Below are positions 1-10,110 of a stretch of DNA of 64,000 nucleotides, in pieces (positions within the stretch are counted from its first letter, which is position 1; each line of letters opens with the position of its first letter). The notes below the pieces were generated by a model. The model was not told the origin of the DNA. It worked only from the letters and a program-made list of their open reading frames with translations, and ran no database searches. Source of the stretch: Promethearchaeota archaeon (GTDB lineage: Archaea > Asgardarchaeota > Hermodarchaeia > Hermodarchaeales > Hermodarchaeaceae); the NCBI GenBank assembly GCA_048939625.1, contig JBHLPH010000001.1, forward strand, positions 1 to 64,000. Reading direction: 5' to 3'. A program made the translations under genes and the position numbers.

Positions 1-143
1 CAAAAGCAACTTAGAAGGGTTTCCATGTTGAATAGAATAGTTTACACTTAGTCAATACTTGTGATGGTTGGTCACACAGCGAATATGAGGTTTATTAAAA
101 ATGCATATCTCTAAGAAAGAATTCTGAATTGAAAATCGTGAAA

Positions 144-695
144 TTAGAATGCCATTCCTGCTGCTTCACGAGTTGGATAATGTTCAGCGAGGATTTGGGT
201 TACAACCCTAAAAACTTCCTGTACACCGTGACCGTCTTTTGCTGAAGCTTCGATGAAAGGACCATTATACCGAGCAGCATACTCGATTCCCTCTTGGAGT
301 GTTACCAGAGGTCGAGTTCTTTGAAAAGTGCTTCGAAGGTCAGATTTGTTTCCAACAATCACTACAGGACATCTAGGAACGGATTCGTGGAGGCTGGTTA
401 TCCAATCGTTCAGGCGATCCATAGTATAGCGACTGGAGATATCAAACACTGCAATTGCAAGGCGGGCACCCCTGAAATAGGAAATAGCTAAATCGCGGAA
501 GCGAATTTGACCACCCAGATCCCAGATTTGGAGGGTTGCAGCCCATTCATCTTGTTGAATATTTTTAGCAGCAAAATCGACACCGATCGTGAGTTTCATG
601 TTTTCGTCGAAGGTGTTCCAAGTGTAGCGTTTTAAGAGGCTTGTTTTGCCGACCCCGCCTTCGCCGATTAAGACGATTTTGAGTATCCCTATCAC
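144..695 (-). CDS. Rab-like small GTPase (Ras superfamily)
   Basis: G1 GEGGVGKT, G2 TIGVDF, G3 WDLGGQ, G4 NKSD, G5 EASAK; no C-terminal prenylation Cys. Confidence 0.93.
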   Translation of the reverse strand: MIGILKIVLIGEGGVGKTSLLKRYTWNTFDENMKLTIGVDFAAKNIQQDEWAATLQIWDLGGQIRFRDLAISYFRGARLAIAVFDISSRYTMDRLNDWITSLHESVPRCPVVIVGNKSDLRSTFQRTRPLVTLQEGIEYAARYNGPFIEASAKDGHGVQEVFRVVTQILAEHYPTREAAGMAF

Positions 696-1046
696 CGTTA
701 GTACCTCATGGTGTTAAGCTGTAATTGGTTCGCTCCGAGTTTTCCCTCCTTCAAGGAATCGGTCCAACCACCCTGTAAGGGCAATGAGATTGGAACGAAG
801 GTAATGTGAGCAGGAAAGATTGGCAGGAGCCCTAATGATAATAGATCTTTCGTTTCCTATGTGAGATGTTCTTACTCGACTCTGGCAAGCTTTAATTTAA
901 TACCTTTCTGTCATCTCAAGCGTTCATTACGATTTCTGCAGAAATCGTGGGAGCGAGCTACACTTTTCTCAAGTGCCACATTTTTCTTTAAGTATCCGGT
1001 AATCATCTAACCCTTCAAACAGTCCCAGCAGGTTCTAGTGTCTTCC

Positions 1047-2423
1047 TTAAAGAATTGTCAATTCCTTCAAGGCCGCCGTCAGAGATTCATTGAATACATC
1101 AACTGCCTGATCAGCTTGTTCATCAGAAATGGTGAGCGGAGGCTTAATTTTCACAACATTTCGTTGAAACGTCATGTGTCGCATAAAAGGCATGCTTAAA
1201 TCAAAGATAACACCGCGTTTCAATCCTTCCCGAACAATGGCATCTGCAAGTGAATTAGCGGGTTCCTTTCTATCGCGGTCTTTGACAATCTCAACTCCAA
1301 TGAATAGTCCAGGTCCGCGAACATCGCCTATGTGCTCACTTGATTCTTGAATTTCACGAAGCCGTTTAGTGATATGTTTCCCTAAACGTTCTGCCCGTCC
1401 AGGTAAGTCCAATCGTTGGATGATTTCAATATTAATGAGAGCAGCAGCCATGAGAAGTGGGCTACTACCGAAAGTGCTGTGTTCCTCTGCAGGTGTAAAG
1501 CCTCCGTATTTTTCATCTGCTAGCGTGGCTCCGATGGGTAAACCGCCTCCAAGTGCTTTTGTGAGTGCCATCATATCAGGATTAACTTTGTAAATTTCTG
1601 TAGCGAACATCTTGCCAACACGACCAAATGCTGTTTGGGATTCATCAAAAATAAGGGCGACATTCATTTCAGTACAGAGCGTTCTAGCGCCTTCGATATA
1701 CCGTTGAGGTGCAGCAACCTGTCCTCCTGGCCCTTGCATAGGTTCGATGATAATCCCAGCAACTGGAGTGTTGGTGCCGTACATAATTAGGTTTCGGAGA
1801 TAATCTAAGCATTCGAGGTCACAGTTCTTGGGGTCCTGTTGTCCACGACACCGATAGCAGTAGGGATAGGGGGCCTTCACGAAGTGTTGGAGCCCAAAAT
1901 TAGGAAATCGTATGAGAGGATTGGGCATCCAATTACTTGCCGTGATTGTGGCTAAGGTAGCCCCATGATACCCCAGCCAGTGAGTAACGAAAAGTGAGGC
2001 GCCCGGTTTATGTATCATCGCTAATTTCATGGCTGCTTCAATTGCGGTTGATCCGCCCTGGTTTTGAATTGAAACCTTCTTGAGTGAACCAGGTGCAATT
2101 TCACTTAATTTGTTAACCAATTTGATACGCGGAACCGTCGGGTAACCATAGCGAACATGGGTGAGTCGTTCGGCTTGAAATTGAGTCGCATAAATGACAT
2201 CAGGGTTAACATACCCAACGTTGAGTGTCCAGGCTTGGCTTGTACAATCGAGGTATTCATTCCCATCAATATCCTTTACTGTGGCACCTCCAGGTGTTCC
2301 AACGGTAAGAATCATCTCCTTGAGAGGCGTAAGGATATGAGATTTACATTCTTCAACTTCTTCTTCGGTAACTTTGGTGAGCAGGTCGGCTATTTCAGCT
2401 TCGGTTAAAACCTTCGGTTTCAT
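1047..2423 (-). CDS. Class III PLP aminotransferase (GABA/acetylornithine aminotransferase family)
   Basis: DGNEYLD, GYHG, IIEPMQG, FDESQTAFGRVG, PDMMALTKALGGG (PLP lysine), KIKPPL; start moved to ATG 2423 behind a GGTGAGG SD. Confidence 0.92.
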   Translation of the reverse strand: MKPKVLTEAEIADLLTKVTEEEVEECKSHILTPLKEMILTVGTPGGATVKDIDGNEYLDCTSQAWTLNVGYVNPDVIYATQFQAERLTHVRYGYPTVPRIKLVNKLSEIAPGSLKKVSIQNQGGSTAIEAAMKLAMIHKPGASLFVTHWLGYHGATLATITASNWMPNPLIRFPNFGLQHFVKAPYPYCYRCRGQQDPKNCDLECLDYLRNLIMYGTNTPVAGIIIEPMQGPGGQVAAPQRYIEGARTLCTEMNVALIFDESQTAFGRVGKMFATEIYKVNPDMMALTKALGGGLPIGATLADEKYGGFTPAEEHSTFGSSPLLMAAALINIEIIQRLDLPGRAERLGKHITKRLREIQESSEHIGDVRGPGLFIGVEIVKDRDRKEPANSLADAIVREGLKRGVIFDLSMPFMRHMTFQRNVVKIKPPLTISDEQADQAVDVFNESLTAALKELTIL

Positions 2424-2808
2424 TGTAACCTCACCAGAACTCCATATGTGAGATTCAGGTTCAAAAGACTGTGCATTGTTAAAAAACACACAACAGCAAC
2501 ATTACTGGAAGACTTGCTGAAGAATCATAGAAAAACCTCAGAAACGCTTCTCGTTGTGCTAGAAAGCTATTATCAACACCTTTGAAGAGGCGAAGATGCT
2601 CTAATTCTGCTTAAATTTCGCCTTCAGCATTCATCGTGGTGCGCTCCAAAGGATAGCTACTAAGAATCGAGTCGGATTAGACTAAATAAAGCACTCAAAC
2701 ACAACTGAAGAAATGTACTTCAAAAAAGGCTAGGAGGGGAATTCTTTGTATCAAGATATCCTAGCGAGAGCAGGAAACCTGAAATATTCTTAAATCACAA
2801 GGAAAAGT

Positions 2809-3624
2809 TTGAGCGTGAAAAGAGTGAAGATTGCAGCGGTACAGATGCATCCACGTTTTGCTAACCCCGAAAGAAACCGAAGCATGATGCGCCGATATTG
2901 TGAGAAAGCAGCCCGTCAAGAGGTAGAGTTGGTTATATTTCCTGAGTTGTGTGTGAGCGGGTATAATTTTACATCAATGGCACAGGTGCATTCCCTTGCC
3001 GAGGTGATCCCTGAGGGACCGACAAGCCAGTTATTGATAAAACAAGCAGAACAATATTCCTTAACGATTGTTGCAGGAATTGCAGAACAGGGCATGGAGA
3101 AGAGAGTCTATAATTCTGCAGTAGTTATTGGACCTCAGGGATTCTTAGGTCAGTATCGAAAGATACACCTTTTTGCCAGAGAAAAAGAATGGTTCACTCC
3201 GGGAAATGAACCGCCACAAGTCTGGTCGATACCGAAGGCAGTTATCGGAGTCTTGGTGTGTTTTGATTGGGCATTTCCCGAAGCTTCACGAATCCTAATG
3301 CTAGAAGGTTGCGAGATTCTGTGCCTTCCGTCAAATCTAGTACTACCGTATGCGCAACAGGCTATGATTACACGGAGTATTGAGAATCGAATCTTTACTG
3401 TTGTCGCTAACCGTATTGGAACAGAACGAACACTGACTTTTACTGGACGAAGCCAAATCACCAGTCCCAAAGGAGCTATTCTTGCTCGAGGACAGACTCA
3501 GCGTACAGGTTTAATTGTGGCGAAAATCAACCCTAAACAGGCAAAGGATAAATTCCTTACGAAAACAAATCATATTATTGAAGACCGGCGTATTAAGCTG
3601 TATGATCGGCTTATGCATCGATGA
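2809..3624 (+). CDS. Carbon-nitrogen hydrolase (nitrilase/amidase family)
   Basis: E-K-C triad motifs FPEL, YRKIHLF, VCFDWAFPE. Confidence 0.92.
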   Translation: MSVKRVKIAAVQMHPRFANPERNRSMMRRYCEKAARQEVELVIFPELCVSGYNFTSMAQVHSLAEVIPEGPTSQLLIKQAEQYSLTIVAGIAEQGMEKRVYNSAVVIGPQGFLGQYRKIHLFAREKEWFTPGNEPPQVWSIPKAVIGVLVCFDWAFPEASRILMLEGCEILCLPSNLVLPYAQQAMITRSIENRIFTVVANRIGTERTLTFTGRSQITSPKGAILARGQTQRTGLIVAKINPKQAKDKFLTKTNHIIEDRRIKLYDRLMHR

Positions 3625-3640
3625 ACAATTCACACGGTGT

Positions 3641-4297
3641 TTACACTAGCGTAAATGATTCTCCAGCGATTATAGAAACCGGAAGGATCTCAGTCGTTTC
3701 TGATTTAAGTTGCTCCAAAAAAAGTTTTGTCTCTGCTTCTGAGCCGCTAATTGGTAACACATATCGTGGCTGAATAGTTATAGTGGCATTAATCGCAGCC
3801 TCAGGGGAAAAAGTGCCACCCCTCTTTCCGGCAATTGCTATACAAAGTAGGTCTGGATTGGCCCCGTGAAGAGTTCCTATATCCTTCGCATGTCCAAGAT
3901 GAAGAACTGATCCTTGATCACTTCTTATTAGGAAAGCGCTATTTTTAGGCGCTAAGAACCCACTCCGCGAGAGAGGGTATGAGGTGATGGCAATATTAGC
4001 CCCAATATCGAGTGGTTGATGTGGCTCGATTTCAATGATGACATAGCTGTAGATTCCTTCTTTACGTGCCTGTGTGGCTACGGCATCGTTCCCCACGAGA
4101 ATGCTCCCCTTGGTATTAGCTATTTTGACTGCATTGCCGAAATGTTCAATCGGGGTGTGAGTTACTAGCACATAGGCTGTGTTGATTTTCTCAATATCGA
4201 TGAGAGGTGTCTGGTCAATTATACCAGGATCAATGAGGATGCGTTTTTCAAAGTTCAGTAATAGGGCAGCATGACCAAAATAGGTAAAAGTAAACAT
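3641..4297 (-). CDS. MBL-fold protein (UPF0173-like) with degenerate metal motifs
   Basis: TYFGHA...ILIDP start; THTPIEH replaces THxHxDH; HLGHA replaces HxGDT. Confidence 0.75.
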   Translation of the reverse strand: MFTFTYFGHAALLLNFEKRILIDPGIIDQTPLIDIEKINTAYVLVTHTPIEHFGNAVKIANTKGSILVGNDAVATQARKEGIYSYVIIEIEPHQPLDIGANIAITSYPLSRSGFLAPKNSAFLIRSDQGSVLHLGHAKDIGTLHGANPDLLCIAIAGKRGGTFSPEAAINATITIQPRYVLPISGSEAETKLFLEQLKSETTEILPVSIIAGESFTLV

Positions 4298-4366
4298 CTT
4301 GGATGCACCTCATCAATTAACTCTGTGAGGCAATTTGAGAGTTTAATCCTTTTCCTCAGGGTTTTG

Positions 4367-5704
4367 CTAAGGCGATAATTTATGGCGGAGCCGTGTAGCG
4401 GGAACAGATTTACCCGAAATGATTCGTCTGAGTGTTCCAGGTTTACGTATATCGGTAATAATGACTTCGCAGTTCTTTGGAAGCCCTTTGAAGATTTCTG
4501 TGAGTTTACCACGCATTCCTTCAGTTACATCTGTAGCATCTGTTGCAGTTCCGACTTTAATTTTGTCAAGAATCTGTTCCATTGTTTCAGGTGTAATGAG
4601 ATCGATGCGTTGAGCGGTGGAATCTTCCTTTGGATCTGCAGTAAATAGGCCTGAAACATCTGTGGCAAAGATAACCGTGTGGGAACCGAGGAGTCGAGCG
4701 AGGTACATTGAGATTTGGTCTCCACTCAGTATTGTAAAACCTGTTACGGTATCCGCTGTGACGTCACCAGAGAGAATGGGGATGAAGCCTTGCCGGAGGA
4801 ATTCACGTAACGCTTGTAGATCCATATGGGAGATGCGCCCGTCAAGGGTGACAATAATAGATGATGAGCGAATTGGAATTGCAGGTTGTTGAACCTCAAG
4901 GAAAGCTGAATGAATGAGTTGCCCGAGGTTCGTCATTTCTAAGGCGGTCTCGGTGACACCAACTTTCTTTTTCTTACTCCGACCTCCACGATGGATCTGG
5001 TATTTGAGGGCAGGGAAATGACCGAACGATCCACCTCCATGAACTACAATGACGGGATGCAATTTTGTCGCTGAAATCTCGCTGACTAATTGCCTAATTG
5101 TGGATAACCGAGCTTTGGACCGCTTACTCTTATCCGAAATAATACTTCCGCCCAATTTGACAATAATGGGTGGTGCAAGGATCTTTCGTTCTTCATGACG
5201 CCACCGAGGTCGCCAGTTTCGCAGCCTCTTTGGCCAATTTTTCCAACCAGTTTTTGCAAATTGTTCACGAACCTTAAGATCCTCTTGAATCCATTCTAGT
5301 TGCCGAAAGAAGCGTTCTTTCCCACTAACACGGGGTATACCCTGAATACCAAGTCGCTCCAATGAGGTCACGAAATTAGCTTCGACAAGCTCTTGGAGTT
5401 GGCCTTCGATTTTTGTAGGAATGACTTCAAACCCGTTATCTTTAAGCCCATCCCGGACCCCGTCTAATACTGCCCCTCGACATACCTGAATTGGTTCAGT
5501 TTTAGAAACCTTCAAACAGCTAAGAGCTTCGAGCACCAATTCAAGACCTCGACCGAGGAATGTTTTTCCACCAAAATTGGGATCCTGAAAATGCGTCACT
5601 TCAATCTCTTTGACGACATATTCTCGTGTCTCTATTCGGAAGATTCCAATGAGTACACCGCCAACAGGGTCGCCCCAGCCAGCATCATCGATTTGGATAG
5701 TCAC
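4367..5704 (-). CDS. Isopentenyl phosphate kinase fused to an N-terminal RNase H-like domain
   Basis: C-terminal half has VKLGGS, VHGGGSFGH, LSGD, TDVSGLF, DVTEGMRGK (IPK/amino-acid-kinase fold); N-terminus IQIDDAGWG resembles the RNase HII D-E-A-G-x-G motif. Confidence 0.82.
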   Translation of the reverse strand: MTIQIDDAGWGDPVGGVLIGIFRIETREYVVKEIEVTHFQDPNFGGKTFLGRGLELVLEALSCLKVSKTEPIQVCRGAVLDGVRDGLKDNGFEVIPTKIEGQLQELVEANFVTSLERLGIQGIPRVSGKERFFRQLEWIQEDLKVREQFAKTGWKNWPKRLRNWRPRWRHEERKILAPPIIVKLGGSIISDKSKRSKARLSTIRQLVSEISATKLHPVIVVHGGGSFGHFPALKYQIHRGGRSKKKKVGVTETALEMTNLGQLIHSAFLEVQQPAIPIRSSSIIVTLDGRISHMDLQALREFLRQGFIPILSGDVTADTVTGFTILSGDQISMYLARLLGSHTVIFATDVSGLFTADPKEDSTAQRIDLITPETMEQILDKIKVGTATDATDVTEGMRGKLTEIFKGLPKNCEVIITDIRKPGTLRRIISGKSVPATRLRHKLSP

Positions 5705-5975
5705 AATTGTAACTCCTGCAAGGCACTACGACCTTTTCAGCTTAAATATATCGCAACCCTATATCAGATGAACTTCATCGTAATTGCGCGATAAACTTGG
5801 ACTCTTTTTTTCTAAAAGCGGGTTTTTTCGCGTGAGAAAGGTAGTAGATGGTGATATAAAGCGAGGAAAAGCCATTTAGGGAACTTTGCGCGTTGAGTAG
5901 CCCAGTATTAACATAATTTAAATTTCCTCTCCAAACGACTAGAAAAAAGAATGCTAGAAAGGCGAGCAACCCCCC

Positions 5976-6551
5976 ATGTCACTAAATGAGCATACTTTCA
6001 AACTAGTAATCATTGGGGACCCGATGGTTGGCAAAACCAGCGTCATTAATCGATTCATTTCCAAAACGTTTGAGCATTCATATCACCAAACTTTAGGCAC
6101 CCAACTCAATTGCTCGGAAATCGTTGTGGGGGATGTGCTCATTCGGCTGATCATTTGGGATCTCGCGGGTCAACCCCGGTTTGAAAGTGTGCGAAAACTC
6201 TTTCTATTAGGGAGTGATGCTGTCATCGTAACTTTTGATTTGACAAGAGCCGATACATTCGAAAATGTTGAGGGCTGGTTGCAAGCCTTTCGCCAAGCAG
6301 TGCCTGATGATGCACCCAGCATCTTGGTCGGAAATAAGGTTGATTTAGCCTCAAAACGAGTTATCTCGATGGCTGAGGCCTATCAGCGGCACATCAACCT
6401 CGAATTTGACAATTATTTTGAGACCTCCGCTCGATCAGGAGAAAACGTGGGAGAACTATTTGACCAAGTGACACGTTTGTTGATTTATAATCGGTTGGCG
6501 GAATTAAGAGAGAAATTGCATCCCTTTATTTATTCGTCCTTCGCCTCCTAG
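5976..6551 (+). CDS. Rab-like small GTPase
   Basis: GDPMVGKT, WDLAGQ, NKVD, ETSAR. Confidence 0.93.
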   Translation: MSLNEHTFKLVIIGDPMVGKTSVINRFISKTFEHSYHQTLGTQLNCSEIVVGDVLIRLIIWDLAGQPRFESVRKLFLLGSDAVIVTFDLTRADTFENVEGWLQAFRQAVPDDAPSILVGNKVDLASKRVISMAEAYQRHINLEFDNYFETSARSGENVGELFDQVTRLLIYNRLAELREKLHPFIYSSFAS

Positions 6552-8155
6552 TGAGAATGGATTGGAATCTCGTACTTTTCTATTACCTTTGATGCATTCT
6601 TATCATAATCAATGAGGAGCATATCAGTTTCAGGGAATTGTTGGGTGCAGTCAAGACCCTTGAGTTTGAAGGCTTTGTCTGAATGAATGCGTTTGAAATC
6701 AAAACTCATGAGGGATTTTGCTTGGGCATTTGTGAACGGAATATCCCACAACTCAACACCACTGTCATGGTAAATGGCTTCAGTCAATGAAAATTTTTGT
6801 AATGCAGTGGTAAAATAACCATCTTCTGTTGAAATTGGAATTGGGCGCCCCCATTCTTGTAATTCATCACAGATAGCTAGCAGAAAGAGAAGTGGATAAT
6901 CTTCAAAAGGCAATGGACCTAAATTCTCGATGACATCATGCAGTGCGATAGTCCGAGCGGCCTCGATAAGTGGCCGATCCTTGGGGTTTTCCTGTTCGAC
7001 ATATTCAGGGGGACCTAGGGTCCGCAGGAGGGTGACGGCGGCTACTACGCCATGATCGATTTTCAGAGAGGGAGGTTTGTATTCTCCTTTGTGTTGGTCC
7101 GTTGCTAGATAACGAAAGGCATTTGGAGCTTCTTTCACTTTTCCTAAACCGTTTGCAATGAAGGTGTGCCATTTTTTTGGATAACCTTTGGTTAGAATCT
7201 TTAAGTACCCAACATTTCCTAAGTCTGGATGATTCAATCCTATTTGCAGGGGTGAAAAATCCATTCCTAAGGGTGAGTAACAGCGGGTCATTTCATTTAT
7301 TAGGGACCAGTTTAAAGAAGTCACTAACTTCGCTAGGGGTGTCCCAATATCATGAAGTAATCCTGTGAACCACCAAGTGGTTTGGACCTCCTCTTTCGTG
7401 AGATTCATTTTTTCTCTAAGAAGTTGCTGTAACTCTCCTGCATTACCTTCTTTTTCAAGCAAGTAGTCTCCTAAAGTGGCTACACGTAAGGAATGAGCAG
7501 TATGGTCTCTGTAGAATTTTCGGACATTCATGATATACATGAGGGCTTCGAATTCAGGGAGCGCTTTAATGATTCGGAGAATTTCTTCATTAGTGATACC
7601 CCGCTCCTTCGCTACCGAATACAAGGCGTCTACAAGCGAATCTATCTTGGTACTAAATAGCTGATATGCAACCTGCTGGCCTACGGAGTTCTGTAATTTC
7701 TCTTGATCCGCCTCAAGTTTTGCCAGACGGTGATTGAGTTTGGCTTCATAGGCTTTTTCTTTTTCTTCCATCACAGCTTCGATTTTTTTCTCATATTCTT
7801 TTTCAGCCATTTCTAATTGGGCGTCTAGTCTTTTTTCGTATTGTTCTTCTGCTTTGGCTAGCTTCTCCTGGCTTTCTTTTTGAGCAAGGTCCAATTTCCT
7901 TTGTATTTTTTCTCTTATTGCAGGAGGGATATCCACACCAATTTTTCCGATAATTGATTCAAGGAGAGGTTGAACGAATCCAGGTCCTCCAAAATCGGAA
8001 ACCGTGCGAACAGTATCAAGGCTTGATTTCACAATTTCAGAAAGTTTCGCACCGCCGGTTATTCCTCTGAGAAACCCAGAAAAACTTGTGCTGAATGACC
8101 CGTTTCGTTGTAGAACCCAAGAGTCATTGATAATCAATTTTGGCGACATTTTCAC
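6548..8155 (-). CDS. HD-domain metal-dependent phosphohydrolase with N-terminal coiled coil
   Basis: YRDHTAHSLRV, GLLHDIG, DHG, ALHD, CDELQEWGR; E/K/Q-rich heptad region around aa 80-160. Confidence 0.75.
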   Translation of the reverse strand: MKMSPKLIINDSWVLQRNGSFSTSFSGFLRGITGGAKLSEIVKSSLDTVRTVSDFGGPGFVQPLLESIIGKIGVDIPPAIREKIQRKLDLAQKESQEKLAKAEEQYEKRLDAQLEMAEKEYEKKIEAVMEEKEKAYEAKLNHRLAKLEADQEKLQNSVGQQVAYQLFSTKIDSLVDALYSVAKERGITNEEILRIIKALPEFEALMYIMNVRKFYRDHTAHSLRVATLGDYLLEKEGNAGELQQLLREKMNLTKEEVQTTWWFTGLLHDIGTPLAKLVTSLNWSLINEMTRCYSPLGMDFSPLQIGLNHPDLGNVGYLKILTKGYPKKWHTFIANGLGKVKEAPNAFRYLATDQHKGEYKPPSLKIDHGVVAAVTLLRTLGPPEYVEQENPKDRPLIEAARTIALHDVIENLGPLPFEDYPLLFLLAICDELQEWGRPIPISTEDGYFTTALQKFSLTEAIYHDSGVELWDIPFTNAQAKSLMSFDFKRIHSDKAFKLKGLDCTQQFPETDMLLIDYDKNASKVIEKYEIPIHSH

Positions 8156-8322
8156 TATGCCCCTTGTTTTAGTGAATCGGATTCAAGACGTTACTGGGTT
8201 AGGCTAGAGATAACTAATATACCTTCTTCCATTTCTAGTAGCGCCAAATCAAGCGTTTATACCATTAAGTTTAAGATACTTCTAACCGAAGATACAGACT
8301 AGCTCAACCTCGGGGTGTATGT

Positions 8323-9225
8323 ATGTCAGAACCCAATCTGTCACCAACACCCATCGAAGATAATCCCTCAAGCTTCAAGTCAACCTATTCATGTGCGGAT
8401 TGGTTAGCAAGTGCCACGTTTGGCAGTGCGTTCCAACGAAGCATCTATCTACTTAAGCATGAATTTCGTTGGCTAGTATTTCTATTTTTCATCGGCGGAG
8501 TGATCATGTCGATGATTCTTATCCCCGTTAATGAAATTATCGGGACTATCGAGATTTTAATTACAATAGAACTTTTCGCCCCAGTTCCTGATTTCCTCTT
8601 ACTCTACGACCTCATCATAGCGAGCTTGATGTGGGGACTACTGCAGAAATTTGTAGTTTTTTTTGGATCTTTCATTCTTGGGACAGCCGCAGTGTACCAC
8701 GTTATGAAGGCCATCCCATCCTTACATGTTTTAGTTTCCAATGAGGAGACGGTTGGAATTCCGATTGGGTCTACCCTTGCTGCCGCGGTTATTACAGCAA
8801 GTCTGCTTAGTATAGCAAGTGTGATTCCTTTTGCGGTGCCTTTGCTTCAAGTCTTATTCTTCTTCTTACCAATATTGTTAGTACTTGGACAATTCTCCCT
8901 GAGCCAGTCCTTTAGTCTTAGTATTAGGTTCAGAGTGCAACATTGGGGACGAATTCTAAGTACACTTATCCTCGGATATTTACTGATCTTATTTGCAGGA
9001 CTGCTTGGTCAGACGTTTTATTGGAATATCGAAACCCTTCTCGGAGTGTACGGCCTATCGCTTGGAATATTCAGTCCCATTCTCCTTAGTCTTCTCAATC
9101 AATTGCCCATAGCGATGGTAGCACCATTACTACCTCTTTTTTCCATCGCATTCTTTTCGGGGGCTCGAGGAGCGTATAGAGCTAAACAGCATGAACGATT
9201 TATGCAACTGCATAGTTCACTCTAG
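8323..9225 (+). CDS. Polytopic membrane protein, unknown function
   Basis: About 6 hydrophobic segments in a 300-aa ORF. Confidence 0.65.
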   Translation: MSEPNLSPTPIEDNPSSFKSTYSCADWLASATFGSAFQRSIYLLKHEFRWLVFLFFIGGVIMSMILIPVNEIIGTIEILITIELFAPVPDFLLLYDLIIASLMWGLLQKFVVFFGSFILGTAAVYHVMKAIPSLHVLVSNEETVGIPIGSTLAAAVITASLLSIASVIPFAVPLLQVLFFFLPILLVLGQFSLSQSFSLSIRFRVQHWGRILSTLILGYLLILFAGLLGQTFYWNIETLLGVYGLSLGIFSPILLSLLNQLPIAMVAPLLPLFSIAFFSGARGAYRAKQHERFMQLHSSL

Positions 9226-9365
9226 CTTGATTCATCTTGATATTTGCCTTTTGAGAAGTTAGCTTCTGAAAAATCACCCAGGCGTGTATTGTTTGCAAAA
9301 TAATGAAAGAGAGGTTAACGTTTTGTACACAATGTGGTCAAGCAATAGCAGTTCAAGAAACAATG

Positions 9366-9992
9366 CTAAGTGTGTGAAAGAAGAATTTTCCGAGGAAGAA
9401 AATGCAGAATTAGATTTGAATGAAAAGCAAGTTGCGTTGGGACTACGGATTCAATTCGATGGAACTGTCTACCACCATGATCTGATATTAGTACTGCATA
9501 GCCTTTCTGCGCAAAGGTTTCAGCTGCCTCATATTGAAATTGTAGTCCCTCAGCGGACTGCTTTACTCCCCCCTGAAGGCGCCCAAAAAGTCCTGAAGGA
9601 TCAACGAGGAAGAAACCTGGTGGTCTCCGCTTAGAGGGCGTGTGTTGTTGTAACCGTAAAATTTCATCAAGAGCGTGGTTTTCATCAAGAATGGTGCGAA
9701 GAACAAGGCTACGTAACACTCCTGACACATTACCGGTTCGCTGAGTGAGGAGTTGTTGTAGGTATACTATTTTGATACGACGTTGATAGTCAAATACATA
9801 CACACGGCGTCTTCTTGACAGAAGATCAACTATCAAAAGATGTAGTAAGCGAATATAGTCACTGTTCCCCGCATGGATAACTGTGATGAAATCACCTGAA
9901 CCCATTTGAGCGCTAACATGTGCGGCTAGACAGGTTAAGTCTTTTTGACTCGTTTCCTTCCGCTCAGCAATTCCGGAATAGTGAGACATCAA
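9366..9992 (-). CDS. Degenerate RecA/RadA-fold protein lacking Walker A
   Basis: Colinear with the RadA core: GDFITV~GSMTEF, VYVFD~AAYID, FFLVD~LLVVD (Walker B), YAVLISDH~IAVVTTNQ; no GKT. Confidence 0.6.
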   Translation of the reverse strand: MMSHYSGIAERKETSQKDLTCLAAHVSAQMGSGDFITVIHAGNSDYIRLLHLLIVDLLSRRRRVYVFDYQRRIKIVYLQQLLTQRTGNVSGVLRSLVLRTILDENHALDEILRLQQHTPSKRRPPGFFLVDPSGLFGRLQGGVKQSAEGLQFQYEAAETFAQKGYAVLISDHGGRQFHRIESVVPTQLAFHSNLILHFLPRKILLSHT

Positions 9993-10110
9993 ATCCGTCT
10001 TCCTTTACCAGTTTATTCCTTGATTCTTTGAAAATCTTCCTTTGCTCCCAAAAAAAAGACAAGCGCTTTTATACAAGTACAACTTTCTGAGCAAACGGTG
10101 ACAAATCCCT

